A stretch of 64,000 bases of DNA from Verrucomicrobiota bacterium (lineage in GTDB: Bacteria; Verrucomicrobiota; Verrucomicrobiia; Limisphaerales; AAA164-E04). The position numbers and the translations under genes were made by a program. Positions 29,263 through 41,300 of this stretch are shown here, in pieces. Position 1 is the first letter of the stretch. Every line of letters starts with the position of its first letter. Below the pieces are notes generated by a model, which worked only from the letters and a program-made list of their open reading frames with translations, had not been told where the DNA came from and made no database searches. The stretch is from the NCBI GenBank assembly GCA_047947115.1, contig CP170459.1, positions 4,416,001 through 4,480,000 on the forward strand, read 5' to 3'.

Positions 29263-31728
29263 TTATCGATTGGCAACCAAGGCTCCGGTCGCCATGCGTC
29301 GGGTGATGTATTGACGCAGCAAAGGAATCCTGGCGGCCTGCAACAAGGCAAGTCCTTGATCCGCATCCGCTCCAACAACGGGCTCCATCGCATACCAATA
29401 CATGAGAGGCAGATTGTGATCGTCCGCATCGGAGGCTCGCGCCACCAACTCTTTCAAAACCGGAAAACGTCCATCCACCGGAGTGCGCTGCAAAGCGGAA
29501 GCAATGTAAAGCCGCACGAAAGCGGATGGTTCATTCGCGGCCATTTCAGCCAGTTTATCCAGGACCGCCTTGGATGGTGAACGATCTTCCCAAAGCAACT
29601 GAAGGGCCCAGGCGCGGATGTATTCGTTTTCGTGATCCAACAAACGCAATCCAAAACGTTCACCGAAACCACCTATTCCATTCAGCGTCCAAAGGAGACG
29701 CAGCTTGTGAGTTACGGATTCCGTCTGGTTGAACAAACGTCGTATATCACGATACAGGCCGGCATCACCGCCCTTGGCCATCAGCAGCTTCCTTGCCTGC
29801 AGGGCATACCATTCGTTCTTGTGCAACTGCAGTCGAACCAAAGCCTGCGGAGAATGCGCCCTCAGGTCGACGGGCGTCCACGGTTCGTCATTGTAAACCA
29901 CTTTGTAGATACGACCGTTAGAGCGGTCGTGACCATCGTCGCGGCGGTGGTGACATTGGTTGGAGTCATACCAATCGATCATATAAACCGAACCATTGTG
30001 GTCATACAGCATGTTCAACACCTGCGACCAGCGATCATTGAAGTTCAGGAAATCAGGACCATGTTTCCCAACAAATCCCGACCCCGATCGAACAGGCATA
30101 TCCATGTTGATCCGCTGTCCATGGATATTGTTCATGAAGGCTTGATTATCATATGCCTGCGGCCAACTCCCTCCTTGATACATCATCAACCCGGAATGGG
30201 CATGACCGCCTCCCATTTCATCCGATCGGTTATTACCGGCATGCGGACCTTTGTTTCCCGCCCAATGCACGTGGTCGCCGTGGGTTTTGATGTCGTCATA
30301 AATAAAGGGATTCAAATGATCCGGCGCATTACTGGGCAAAAAGTTTTTCACACGATTCTTTTCTTCCAGGGTAATGCTGTAGTGCTGCCCCCCCTGACGC
30401 TGATAACGCGCCCCCTGAATCATGTGCCAGAAGTGTGGGATCACACAGGCTTCAATGAAGGCCTGGCCATAGGCATCAAAATCCACACCCCATGGATTGC
30501 TGGTTCCCTCGGCAAACACCTCGAAAGTATGTTTCAAAGGATGATACCGCCAGACCGCTGCATCCACCCGCTGGCGTTCTTCTTGAGGTGTACCGGGTTT
30601 CCCCACAAAAGAAGGACAGAACACTCCGTGGCAGCCATACAACCAACCGTCCGGCCCCCAGGAAAACGTGTTCAAGGTCTCGTGCGTGTCCCGGTAAGGA
30701 TCCCATCCATCCAGAAGGATCTTCGCTTCGCCATCCGGTTTGTCGTCCTGATTGTAATCAGGAATGAACATCAGATAAGGCGCAGCCCCCACCCAGACAC
30801 CGCCAAAACCAACCTCCATACCACTGATCAGGTTCAGGCCATCTTTGAAGAGTATTTTCTTGTCGAACTGATGATCTCCATCGGTGTCCTCAAGAATCAC
30901 AATCCGATCCTTGCCAATGTCACCTTCGGCGCGATGCGGATACTGATGCCCTTCCGCCACCCAGACCCGTCCTCTTTCATCCAGGCAAAAGGCGATGGGT
31001 TGGGTCACGTCGGGTTCGGATGCAAAGATGTGTGCCCGGAATCCATCCGGCAGTTTCATGGCATCCGCCGCCGCCTGTGGTTCCAATCCCGCAAACAACA
31101 CCTGATCGATCGAAGGCATCTCAAACTGTTTGCGCACGGCATCCGGATCAATGGCATTTTTGAATTCGGGTTTCGAAGCATGGAATCGGAAATCATCAAA
31201 ATTGATATGCCCCCAATGGCCGATCTGATGATCGATCACACGAATGAAAATCGATTTGCCCTGGACATCTTTGAGATCCACCACCACCGGACGGAGGTCT
31301 TCAGCTTCAAAACCGGAGGTCTTGAAGAATACTTCATTGTTATCCGCTCGCACCAATTCAACACGATTCTGGTCAGAGGCTCCACCGGCGATCCGAAAGG
31401 ATGCGAAAGGGTGGGTCACTTTGAATGGAACAGAAGTAAGCGTACCGGTCGGGTCATCTCCGGCGATTTCGTAGGTTCCAATCCAGTATTGTCCGTCATG
31501 AGCACTCCTCATGTCCTCGCGACGTGAAGATACGGTGTCTCCGCGAACGGGTTGTTTATTAAAAGCAGCACCTTCTGCCTTCCAATCGGTCAAGTCACCC
31601 GATTCGAACCCGAGGTTCAATGCGCGTCCGTCGTTGCCCCTGGGTAATACGCCCTCGGCTGCAGTCACAACCGTGGCCACCGCAAGTGCCGTGCCCAGCA
31701 TGCCGGAAAATAGGATGGAGTGTTTCAT
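29263..31728 (-). CDS. PVC-type putative membrane-bound dehydrogenase domain protein (TIGR02604-like) with HEAT repeats
   Basis: LPDGF..FASEP, D.RGRVWVAE, WGPDGWLYG, NPWGVDFD and DDHNLPLMYWYA. Confidence 0.87.
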   Translation of the reverse strand: MKHSILFSGMLGTALAVATVVTAAEGVLPRGNDGRALNLGFESGDLTDWKAEGAAFNKQPVRGDTVSSRREDMRSAHDGQYWIGTYEIAGDDPTGTLTSVPFKVTHPFASFRIAGGASDQNRVELVRADNNEVFFKTSGFEAEDLRPVVVDLKDVQGKSIFIRVIDHQIGHWGHINFDDFRFHASKPEFKNAIDPDAVRKQFEMPSIDQVLFAGLEPQAAADAMKLPDGFRAHIFASEPDVTQPIAFCLDERGRVWVAEGHQYPHRAEGDIGKDRIVILEDTDGDHQFDKKILFKDGLNLISGMEVGFGGVWVGAAPYLMFIPDYNQDDKPDGEAKILLDGWDPYRDTHETLNTFSWGPDGWLYGCHGVFCPSFVGKPGTPQEERQRVDAAVWRYHPLKHTFEVFAEGTSNPWGVDFDAYGQAFIEACVIPHFWHMIQGARYQRQGGQHYSITLEEKNRVKNFLPSNAPDHLNPFIYDDIKTHGDHVHWAGNKGPHAGNNRSDEMGGGHAHSGLMMYQGGSWPQAYDNQAFMNNIHGQRINMDMPVRSGSGFVGKHGPDFLNFNDRWSQVLNMLYDHNGSVYMIDWYDSNQCHHRRDDGHDRSNGRIYKVVYNDEPWTPVDLRAHSPQALVRLQLHKNEWYALQARKLLMAKGGDAGLYRDIRRLFNQTESVTHKLRLLWTLNGIGGFGERFGLRLLDHENEYIRAWALQLLWEDRSPSKAVLDKLAEMAANEPSAFVRLYIASALQRTPVDGRFPVLKELVARASDADDHNLPLMYWYAMEPVVGADADQGLALLQAARIPLLRQYITRRMATGALVANR

Positions 31729-31818
31729 GGATGGCCTGCATCCTAGGCATCTCTCGGCCAGGATGCAAGCTTCCCCGGAAAGCAAAACGTTAAGAATCTG
31801 AACTTGAAGGCATCCGAA

Positions 31819-33387
31819 TCAATGTCCCGTCTTCAGTTCAACGATATCGTGTGTTCCCGATTCACGTTGCCCTGCCGGACTGACCCGTATGTAGCGAGCT
31901 CGTTGACGATGTTCCTCCAGGGTTCGAGCCCCGAGATACCCCATGCCGGATTGTATTCCCCCGATCAGCTGCCCCAACACCTTATCCACCGGTCCGGCCA
32001 CCTCTTTGAGAGCTTCGACCCCTTCGGCCGAGATTTTACGTGTGGTATCTTTGGCCGCATGCCCATAACGAGCGGCGGAACCTGCCTGCATGGCAGCCAG
32101 ACTTCCCATCCCACGGTATTGCTTGTAAAGCTTGCCACTGATTTCAAGAATCTCTCCGGGAGCTTCCGAACAACCAGCCAGCACCCCCCCGCATATCACC
32201 GCATCGGCAAGGGTCAGCGCTTTGACGATGTCACCGGATTTGGAGATGCCGCCGTCGGCCAAAATGGAAACGCCTTTTCGACGAGCAGCCGAGCTTGCCA
32301 CATACAACGCAGTCATCTGCGGGATTCCCACACCGGCAACCACTCGTGTGGTGCAGATGCTACCGGGTCCTTGTCCTACTTTCACACAGTCGGCACCGGA
32401 ATCTGCCAGGAATTCAACACCTGCACCGGTCGTGACATTGCCAGCAATGATCGGGAGATCCGGAAAAAGATCCCGGACCAATCGAACAGTGTCCCCCACC
32501 CCTTTCGTGTGCCCATGAGCCGTGGATACCGCAACCGCATCCACCCCCCGATCCACGAGGGCCTGGACATGTTGTGCGATCGCGTCCCGGTCCAACTCCC
32601 CAAAGGCATTGCGGGTCGCGGCAATGGCAGCGCCGCAAAGCAATCGAAAAGCGGCATCCCGTGCCGGCTTGACCTGCTCCTGCCTTTCTTCCGTGATTCG
32701 GTCCACATCGGAAAGAGTAAACAGACCGCGCAAGCGATCCTGCTCATCCACAACCATCAATTTATCGATCCGGGGATGTTCACCAAACACGTGATCCGCA
32801 CTGGCTATCGGATCATTTCCAAGCTCTTTCTCAGCCAGAGTCATCACCTGATTCCGCGGCAAAAGGGCCTCTTCCACCAAACGGGATGCATAGCGGGGAC
32901 GGACCACATTTCCGGGCAAGAGACCAATCAATTTACCCTTGTCATCCACCACGGGAAATGTGCTGAACGTAAAGCCTTTTCGATCCATGAGATCCAAGAC
33001 ATCCCCTATCCTCTGGGAGGGTGTGACGGTAATGGGATCACGGATCAAACCATGCACGTGATTCTTGACACGGGAAACCTCCTTGAGCTGATCCTTGGGA
33101 CTCATATTGTAATGAATCAAGCCCATGCCGCCGTGCTGTGCCATGGCGATGGCCATGCGGGATTCGGTGACCGTGTCCATGTCAGCCGATATGATGGGTA
33201 AATGAAGTTCAAGCCCTTCGGCCAGCTTGGTTTCTAAAACCGTATCACGCGGAAGCACTTCGGAATGCAGAGTGGCCAGTGAAAGATCATCATAGGTCAG
33301 GGCACACTCTTTATTGGCCGTAAAGAAATCTTCGGCCTTGAGAAAAAACTCGCGATCCAGAGCATTGGGGTCCTGTGTATCTGCCAT
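31819..33387 (-). CDS. guaB: IMP dehydrogenase
   Basis: DMDTVTE, CBS pair, [12 protein letters not shown] catalytic Cys, ADGGI and YRGMGS. Confidence 0.95.
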   Translation of the reverse strand: MADTQDPNALDREFFLKAEDFFTANKECALTYDDLSLATLHSEVLPRDTVLETKLAEGLELHLPIISADMDTVTESRMAIAMAQHGGMGLIHYNMSPKDQLKEVSRVKNHVHGLIRDPITVTPSQRIGDVLDLMDRKGFTFSTFPVVDDKGKLIGLLPGNVVRPRYASRLVEEALLPRNQVMTLAEKELGNDPIASADHVFGEHPRIDKLMVVDEQDRLRGLFTLSDVDRITEERQEQVKPARDAAFRLLCGAAIAATRNAFGELDRDAIAQHVQALVDRGVDAVAVSTAHGHTKGVGDTVRLVRDLFPDLPIIAGNVTTGAGVEFLADSGADCVKVGQGPGSICTTRVVAGVGIPQMTALYVASSAARRKGVSILADGGISKSGDIVKALTLADAVICGGVLAGCSEAPGEILEISGKLYKQYRGMGSLAAMQAGSAARYGHAAKDTTRKISAEGVEALKEVAGPVDKVLGQLIGGIQSGMGYLGARTLEEHRQRARYIRVSPAGQRESGTHDIVELKTGH

Positions 33388-33636
33388 GTCCCAGCTTGCC
33401 AAAGGCCCTGCGGAACTGGCAAGAGGGAACTAGCAAAAAATGCAGATTGTCGGACCAAAGCGAGAACGATTGGGCTGAGAATCGAACAAAAAACCGCGCA
33501 GTCACGAAACAGATCGGGATAACCCCATTCACCGGGGCATGGTGATCCGCCATCGCTCCGGCACAAGCTGACCGGGAGCTCCAGCCTCGCGCGCACCAGT
33601 AGGCCCCTTACTTTTAAAGTTCAAATGAGATTTCGA

Positions 33637-34380
33637 TCACCACCAGGTAAAGGATGGATCAGGTTTCGGTGCGTTACCGTAGTTCCATTCGTAGGCTTCC
33701 AGCGGAAACTGAAAGAACTCGGTGTGACTGTCTCCGAACAGAACGTTAAAGCGATATTCCCCCTTGAAGTTGTGCCACTGACTTTCTTTGTCCCGCTTGT
33801 CACGATCCGCCCACCAAGGCCAGTCACCAGTCACCAGCTTATTGGAGGGTCCTTTGGCCATCTCGGCACCTTTCATGGGTGTGGCCTGAGGAGATCCCGG
33901 AGCTGCTTTGGAATCTCCGGTCACATGTTTGATACGCAAGGTTTCCACGGCCCAAACGGTCAGGTAACTGTTACCCCAGCCTTGAAAACACGTCTTGGTC
34001 CCCTGCGGAAACCGGGCGATGTGCAGGGAATCCCCCTTGTCCGAAGGACAGTGATAGGCCTCGTCTGCAGGCACGTAATTGTTCAGAGGCCTGCGTTCTC
34101 TGGGAACATCACCGCCGTGCAGGGTCATGGTTCCCGTTGTGCCGCCCAGAGTTCCCCAGTTCTCATAAGCAGGGTAGTAGTCGTTATTGTCATCCATATA
34201 CATGGCAAAGCCCAAACCGTGTTGACGCATGTTGTTGTTGCATTTGATGGTCTTGGCTTTTTCCTTGGCGCGGGACAGCGCCGGCAGCAGCATGCCCGCC
34301 AAGATGGCAATAATGGCAATCACCACAAGCAATTCAATCAAAGTGAATGCCATGAAGGGTTTTTGTGGATGAGATTTCAT
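33637..34380 (-). CDS. Prepilin-type pseudopilin, close paralog of 3147-3884
   Basis: [18 protein letters not shown] and NVLFGDSH. Confidence 0.9.
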   Translation of the reverse strand: MKSHPQKPFMAFTLIELLVVIAIIAILAGMLLPALSRAKEKAKTIKCNNNMRQHGLGFAMYMDDNNDYYPAYENWGTLGGTTGTMTLHGGDVPRERRPLNNYVPADEAYHCPSDKGDSLHIARFPQGTKTCFQGWGNSYLTVWAVETLRIKHVTGDSKAAPGSPQATPMKGAEMAKGPSNKLVTGDWPWWADRDKRDKESQWHNFKGEYRFNVLFGDSHTEFFQFPLEAYEWNYGNAPKPDPSFTWW

Positions 34381-34450
34381 ATATTGGGGACTGTTTTAAA
34401 GCTTGATCATAGAAAAGCAATGCTTCGTTCAAGGTTACGGTGCAAAATCG

Positions 34451-35224
34451 TCATTCGGCAGGAGTGATCCGTTTGATGCCTTCAGGGTTTTTCTCTTCCC
34501 TGAACAAATCCGAAACGATCTCCGTGGACTGGAGCAAATCGGCATGCCCATCCAGAAAGACCCAGTTTGATCCGTTACTGTGCCTTTCCTTGGCGATGCG
34601 ACGCTCAGTATTCAATCGCCCGGAACGCTCATTGTAAGGTGTATGGGTCGGGGCCCAAACATCATTCAAATCTTTCACTGCATCTCGTATCCCCGTCACA
34701 ATCGGTCGCCATGCACCGTCTTCATTGTCGCCGATATGCACGGTGTTGCTGGGTTCCTGAAAGGCGGTGATCTTGGACGGACCAACCTGTTCGGTCCCCA
34801 CCATGTCCGTTTTACTGGAGAATTTCCAGGCATTGATCACGTATGTGATCACCTGACGCTCTCTGGGATTTCGATTGGGATAGCTCGGGCATTTATATAT
34901 ACGAATACCGCTGAAATCATCCTCCCTGCCCCCTTCGGGCATGTAAGGCATGTAAACAAGAAACCAAGGATATCCGTTGCCTCTTGGAATATAGCCTTCA
35001 TTCTCATCCGAGTAGAGAATCATGGCCAAACCGGTCTGCTTGAGGTTGTTGATGCAAAGGATCGATTTGGCCTTGGATTTTGCTTTGCTGAGTGCCGGCA
35101 GGAGCATGCCAGCCAAAATCGCGATGATTGCAATCACCACAAGAAGTTCGATCAGTGTAAAACCTTTCCGAAAAAAGGCTCCAGCGGATACACCACGCCA
35201 TGGGGTGCTAACTTTCGTTTTCAT
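34451..35224 (-). CDS. Prepilin-type pseudopilin with H-X9-DG motif
   Basis: [17 protein letters not shown] and [14 protein letters not shown]. Confidence 0.9.
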   Translation of the reverse strand: MKTKVSTPWRGVSAGAFFRKGFTLIELLVVIAIIAILAGMLLPALSKAKSKAKSILCINNLKQTGLAMILYSDENEGYIPRGNGYPWFLVYMPYMPEGGREDDFSGIRIYKCPSYPNRNPRERQVITYVINAWKFSSKTDMVGTEQVGPSKITAFQEPSNTVHIGDNEDGAWRPIVTGIRDAVKDLNDVWAPTHTPYNERSGRLNTERRIAKERHSNGSNWVFLDGHADLLQSTEIVSDLFREEKNPEGIKRITPAE

Positions 35225-35323
35225 AACGGTTTCCAGCTTCGCGATCGGGAATGGAAAAATGTTTACACCATTTCTGGCGGTTTGCAGAGCAAAAAATCAC
35301 TCTTTTTACCTTCCACAATATTC

Positions 35324-38300
35324 TCAATCCTCATCCTGCTGCAAAACCTGTATGCGATAAAAAGCTTTCCCAACACTTTGGAAATCTGACACATCGAACA
35401 CAACTTGACCACCGTCCGCTCGAACTGTCTCCAGCATCTTCCATTCAGCCTCCGTCAAGGATTCGCTCATTTCCAGGGCATATTCACGGCCAGAAACTGT
35501 TGACACTGTCAAATGCAGCCTCAGAGCATCGTCAACAGAGAGTTCCACAATGCGCGTTACACTGTTCGCCTGACGAGGGTGCGTGCCCGCCTCAAACTCT
35601 TGTTGATTCGTGTGTCCATCATTATCAGGATCGCTATTGGGACTGATGAGGTGCGGATTTTCCATGTCTGTGTCGGAAAAATAATGACTCAACCATGCAT
35701 CGTATTTCAACGCCATGCTGCCATCACGAATGTCGGCAGGCATTTCTTCGGTTGTCGTCAATTCACCATCAAATACATCGACAGCCAGCACATACAAACC
35801 TGGTTTGGAGAATGTGGCGGTGGCAGGAAGGGTTTGATCATTTTCAAAATCCACCTCCCCCGGACCTGACACAAGACGCCATTGCACAGTTGTGATTCCA
35901 GGGCTGATCGGCAAGCCATCGTCGCGCCATAATCCCGACAATTTAACCGGCATTTGGTCTAATCCCGTTGCTAGAGATCCCAATCGTATGACGGGCGCCG
36001 TGTTCTCGGGAATCAAGACAGCGTTCAACTTCAGATCAAAACTGACATCACTACTACTGGCATTAGCTTGATGAACTTCAACAGCCAACTGATTCATTCC
36101 CGACACCAAAAGGGAAGGACTGACAGAGGTTTCGTAAAAGGTGCCTTCATCCGCCCCACCGGCCACACCTGAAGCGAAAGTCTGTGGGGTCAACGCTCCA
36201 TCAGGCAGGTTTTGTCTGAACACTTCTTTTCCGTTCAAATAAACCAGTGCACCATCATCCCGGATCAGTCTCAAGATCATGGATCTGACACTGGAAGGCT
36301 GATTCACCTCAAACGTTTTTCTGAAATAGTAGGTGATTATTTTGTCCCCGGCATTGCCTCCAAAGGACAACTGTGTCTGCTCATCCCCATCCCCATAGCC
36401 CAGTTGAGCTGGTCCGCTTTCCCAAGCCCGATCGTCAAAACTCAGATCCACCCACGTATCGGGCAAAGGAGTTCCTCGATCAAAGTAGTTCCAAGTCGAC
36501 CCGGCTTGCACCAGTGTTCCGGTTTCCGCGGGTCGCTCCACGGTCAATTGCAAAGAGGAGGAACTCCTCAACAAGCCATCACTCGCGGTCAGCTCGACAG
36601 TCCATGTTCCCACGCCGGGCAATTCTGCCATGGTGGAGATCGAGCCTGGATCTCCGAAATAAATCTGCCCGGGACCTTCGATTTGTTTCCATTCAACCGT
36701 CACCTGACCAGAATCACGGGGTAATCCATCGTCTTGCATCACTCCTTTTAAAACAAAGTATGCGGGCAATGTGGAAAACACCAATGACTGATCCTCACCG
36801 GCAAATACAACAGGTGCACGGTTCCCATCATTTTCAACGCCTGGCGATGGCTGCAACAAACTGGAACGCCAGTTGATCGGATCATTGCCATACTCAAGCG
36901 ATTCGATCCGCTCCACGGAAGCTCCAGGCGTCAAGGCGATTTCAGGCCATGGAGAGGACGCACGGTAACGAACTTCATCGACGGTGATCATTGAAACGAT
37001 CACACCCTCCGGAGTGACATCGGGTTCATCCGGCCGCTGTAACTTCAATCGTTCACCATTGTCCTGGAGGTTGCCTTCAAAAGGCCCCAAAACCTGGACA
37101 TCCGCGGGTACCGCGAAGGAACTGCGAAACACATCCGGCTCACTACCGGCAATCAGCAGCAACGCCCCCGGAGCAAGAGAAATGTCCGGAGGAAAAACAA
37201 AACCTATTCCATCCAGTCGCCATGTGTTCTCCTGATGTTCCGGATCAAAAAGCGGGACTTCCTGGGCGCTCACGTTTTTCAACTCCACAAATTCGGGTGC
37301 ACTTCCGTCTGATTTATAATAAATCTCATTGATGACAACTGGTCCCACCAAAGGCCCGCTGTTTGCAGCGCCGAAGGTCAAGGACCGCTGAGGCGGATAT
37401 TGAGCCTGGCCAGTGCTGGTCAGGTAACGTCCGTAGGACACACCATTCTCAGAAGCCTCGAATTCAAATCCGTGGCTGTATCCGGTCAATACACCATTGA
37501 CGTCAGCTGAAAAGAGATAGACCGATTCCCCAAAAGAGCTGAAGGTAAAACTGGGAGCCACACCAGGGGAGGGATTGAATGAATGTTCGTCCACGACCAG
37601 ATACCCTCCCGATGGGATGCCTGTTCCGGCAGGAAACTGGTACTTTTCAGGTTCCCTGCGATCATCGGTTATAAACCAGCCACCCAAGTCCGCCGGTTGA
37701 TCGGTCGGGTTGAATAATTCCACGGAATCCACCAGGGGAGGATCGGTATGAGCCAGCAATTCATTGATGACCACCGCAGGAATATTTGCATCAACATCTT
37801 CCCTACCCGGACTTCCTCCCAGCTGGCTGGACGCACGCCAGAGGGTGCCGTCTCCCTGATCCTGCATGACGTCATCCGACACAACGGGCACGATCGAAAA
37901 CCCGCTGCCATCCGCTGTAAAAGGCCAGGGAAGTTCATCATCAAAGGTAAAAGACCGGATCTCCTTCCCGGAAGCGTGAGAAAGCGTGAGGCGTTCACCG
38001 GCATTGTTCAAACTGCCAGAATATTGTCCGGCGATGGTGACCGAAGGATATCTTCGCGCAAAGGACTCCGCATCGTGAACCAGCACCGCAAACTCACCCG
38101 GCTCCAACACAGTTCCATTCGGAAACGTAAACCGAATGCCATCGGTAAAAGCAACACCGCTCAAATCCAGTGATTCGTCCGCCATATTCCTCAGTTCAAC
38201 GAATTCGTAAACATCCCCATCAACAGCCAAATCATTGGAAATCGGATGATACATTATTTCAGTCAACAGCAATTCGTTAAACTCCCGTCCAACAATGAAA

Positions 38301-41300
38301 TCCATCTCGGTCAAAGCACTCCATACACCGTTCCGATATCCTCTGGCCATCAAGTGAAGGTGCTCCCCCACATTCAGTGGCCCCTGATACATCCTTGCTT
38401 CCGGTGAAATACCTCCCCCCATCCGACGCGGATCCACCCCGTTCAATGTGAAGTAGATCGTCGAAGCGTTTCCGGCATTCAACACCAATGAATGTCCTTC
38501 CGGAACCACTCCTCCGAACTGGTTCAATCCGGGAGCATCGACATCCGGGTAGAGATTGTCCTGCCTTAATTGATTCAACAGAACGGATGTGCGCCTCGCA
38601 ATGAAGGTATCTCGGACGGAATCAATCGTGTTGATCCAGGCATTATCCCGGGTGAATGGTTGGGCCCGTTTGGAATCCCCCCAACGAGCGGATTCGGCAA
38701 CCACCGCCCGATCGATCTCTTCCTTGCGTTTCATAAACAGTGCCGTGGCCGTTTCGGGAGTGAGAACACCTGCATTGAACATGTGTTTATGGATGTGATC
38801 GGACACCTTCATGCGGAATTCCGCATTCTTCTGAAGTTCCTGCCACAAATACTGCGGGTTGAAATACTGAAAGGTACTTCCAGCCGGATAGGGTCCGGTG
38901 CGATTTTCATTAACGTTCAACAGCGTGTGCTCGGCATCATGTACGAAATGCTGAAATCCGACATCCCCATTTCTGTTCCGCAGGGAATAAAAATTATTAG
39001 GTCGATTGTTTCCCAAAAAATTGGAAATGGGCGCGTCCAGATTTCCCCCGTATAAAATGATCAGCATGTAATCAATGAGATTGGGCACATCCACCAACAC
39101 CGGATAATCCGGATTCCGTGAGCCATCTGGATTGTTTCCCTGGACACGCTGGTAATCGGCATCACTTGCCAGACCGCCCCTCACCGCCTGCCAGAGCTCC
39201 TGCCAGGCATCCAGGTTTCCATCGGTGGCATTGATCGTGTAAGGCCCCGCCTCGACCTTGATCACATCGTAATCCTCTTTTTCCCCTCCATAATAGGCTT
39301 CACCATAAGAAGCCTCCGGACGCTCAGCCGTGTTGTAGAGCCCCCAGTACATGCCATTGATATACAGATGCGCGTAATCTCCGCGTTCGGCGTTGTGCCC
39401 CATGGCCAATTGAAGATCCCTGTTGAACTGATCGCGCATGAAAATCCCCCGACTATCTCCCTGAAAGCTCCAGGAATAGTTCTGAAAGGTACGCAAATCA
39501 AAGGCATCAAAAGATTGGTTGGCATCTTCACCGAATACCGGATAATTCAGTTTTGAATCTCCGTACTCGCTCCTGAAAAACAGACGAAAAGCGTGCTTGG
39601 GATTGTTGGTGCTGCGGCTGAAACCTCCTCGGATACGGATCCCCGCATTGATCTGGAAACCCTTCTTCCCGTCCGGATGAATCAATTCAACCGAACAGGG
39701 ACGCTCCCAATCACGACCATCCTGAGAAGGATTTGAATAGATACCCGATGAACCGAACATATCATCCAGATCCATCACAATGGAAAAGGAAGGGATCGTT
39801 TTCAAATCATCGATGATCGTGTCCCGATACAAACGATTGTCCACCACATCGGGATCCATCCCATAATCCACCGTATTGCTTCCCCATCTTGCCGGCCAAC
39901 CTTCCGGCGCCCGGCCGTCGGATGCCTGATGGATGATATCTTCCAAAAAGAAATAGGTCTGCGTATCAGTATTGGACGGTTCATAACCTTCTCGAAAGGC
40001 ACGTGCACGAACGGTGGTCGTCTTATCGATTCGCAATGGTTCCGAATAAGACATTCCATTGTTGAGAGAGGGCTCCGTTCCATCCAATGTGTATCGAATG
40101 TCAGCCTCTGTGGTATCAGTGGAAATGATCAACGAAAACGGTTCCGCATAGAAACCCCGATCCTGACTGAACTTGGTATCCCCAACAAACGCCAGGCTGC
40201 CTGCCGCATTCAATGCCCCAGGTGTAGCGGTGGAAAAGTAATGCAAACTGCCTGATTCCACTTCAAACTCATCCAACACCACATCCAGAAACGCACTCGA
40301 ATCATCGATCGCTGCATTGAAAACCTGAATGGCAAGCAGGTTGTTCCCCTCGCGCAGATGTTGCATGGACCCGCTCAATTCTATCCGTTCCCACTCGTCA
40401 GAAGCATTCTCCCTAACCGCCAGATCATCCCAGGCGGCATTGTCTGCCACATGTCGCCGCGCCACTTCAACGCCATTTAAAAAGGCAACAAACCCGTCGT
40501 TATAACGGATGCGCATGGTCAAAGAATCCAGTTCCCCGATCTGTGTTGCCTGAAAGGGGATGCGCGCACAAAAGGCCCCGTGCTTTTCATACATGGAAGA
40601 CAACAGATCCGTCTGAATGAAGGCATTACTCACATTGCCGGATGGAGAAGGAGTTGACCAAACCTCGAGCCCGCCGTTTTGAACATCCCCGACCAATTTG
40701 AAATCCCCCGCGCTGAAGGACCTCAACCGCCCTTTGGCTGCGAAAAACTCCAGTGTGGCACCACCACCACGCTCATAGAAAAGGAGCTTCATCGGATAGG
40801 TTCCCGGATCCGAAACAGAGACCAATCCCAAGGTATCGGCCGCAGCGCGAGGAGCGGGAAAGCTGAAAGTCTGGCCTGCGATTTCCAAGCGGAATCCGTC
40901 ATCACTGTTCACCCCGAAGGTCCAGACACCGCTTTGAGGTATCACCACATTACCGGTGACCTCGACGACAAAATCTTCCGCATTTTGTCCGATGGTCATT
41001 CCTGGAAAAGCAGCATTCTCGCCGAAATGGCCTGAACCACCTGTATCAAAGAAATTGATCACCGGACTGAACACAGACACTTCCTCACCCTGCAAAGGGG
41101 GGGAGTTCAGTAATTGTTCAGCGGTGTCCAGGTGATCGACAGTCGTCCGCGCCTGGATATTTCGCACCCAAAATCCGGGAACGGAGGCTTGATACCCGAT
41201 GCTCAATGTGCCGGCTTCCCAATGAGTATCGGAGAAATCATTTTGAGCCCAAACCCCGGCATCCACACCAGAATCGGCAACACGATACCTTAAGGCTGCT

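Noticed and set aside
27537..33201. Long + strand ORFs (532, 631 and 465 aa) and similar ones such as 21389-22711 and 54218-55450
   Set aside because: They are antisense shadows of well-supported - strand genes and have no recognisable motifs.
33403..33636. Purine riboswitch or REP element upstream of guaB
   Set aside because: No purine aptamer consensus. The promoter appears to abut the start codon, and the REP-like GGGAGCTCCAGC trace is too degenerate to call.
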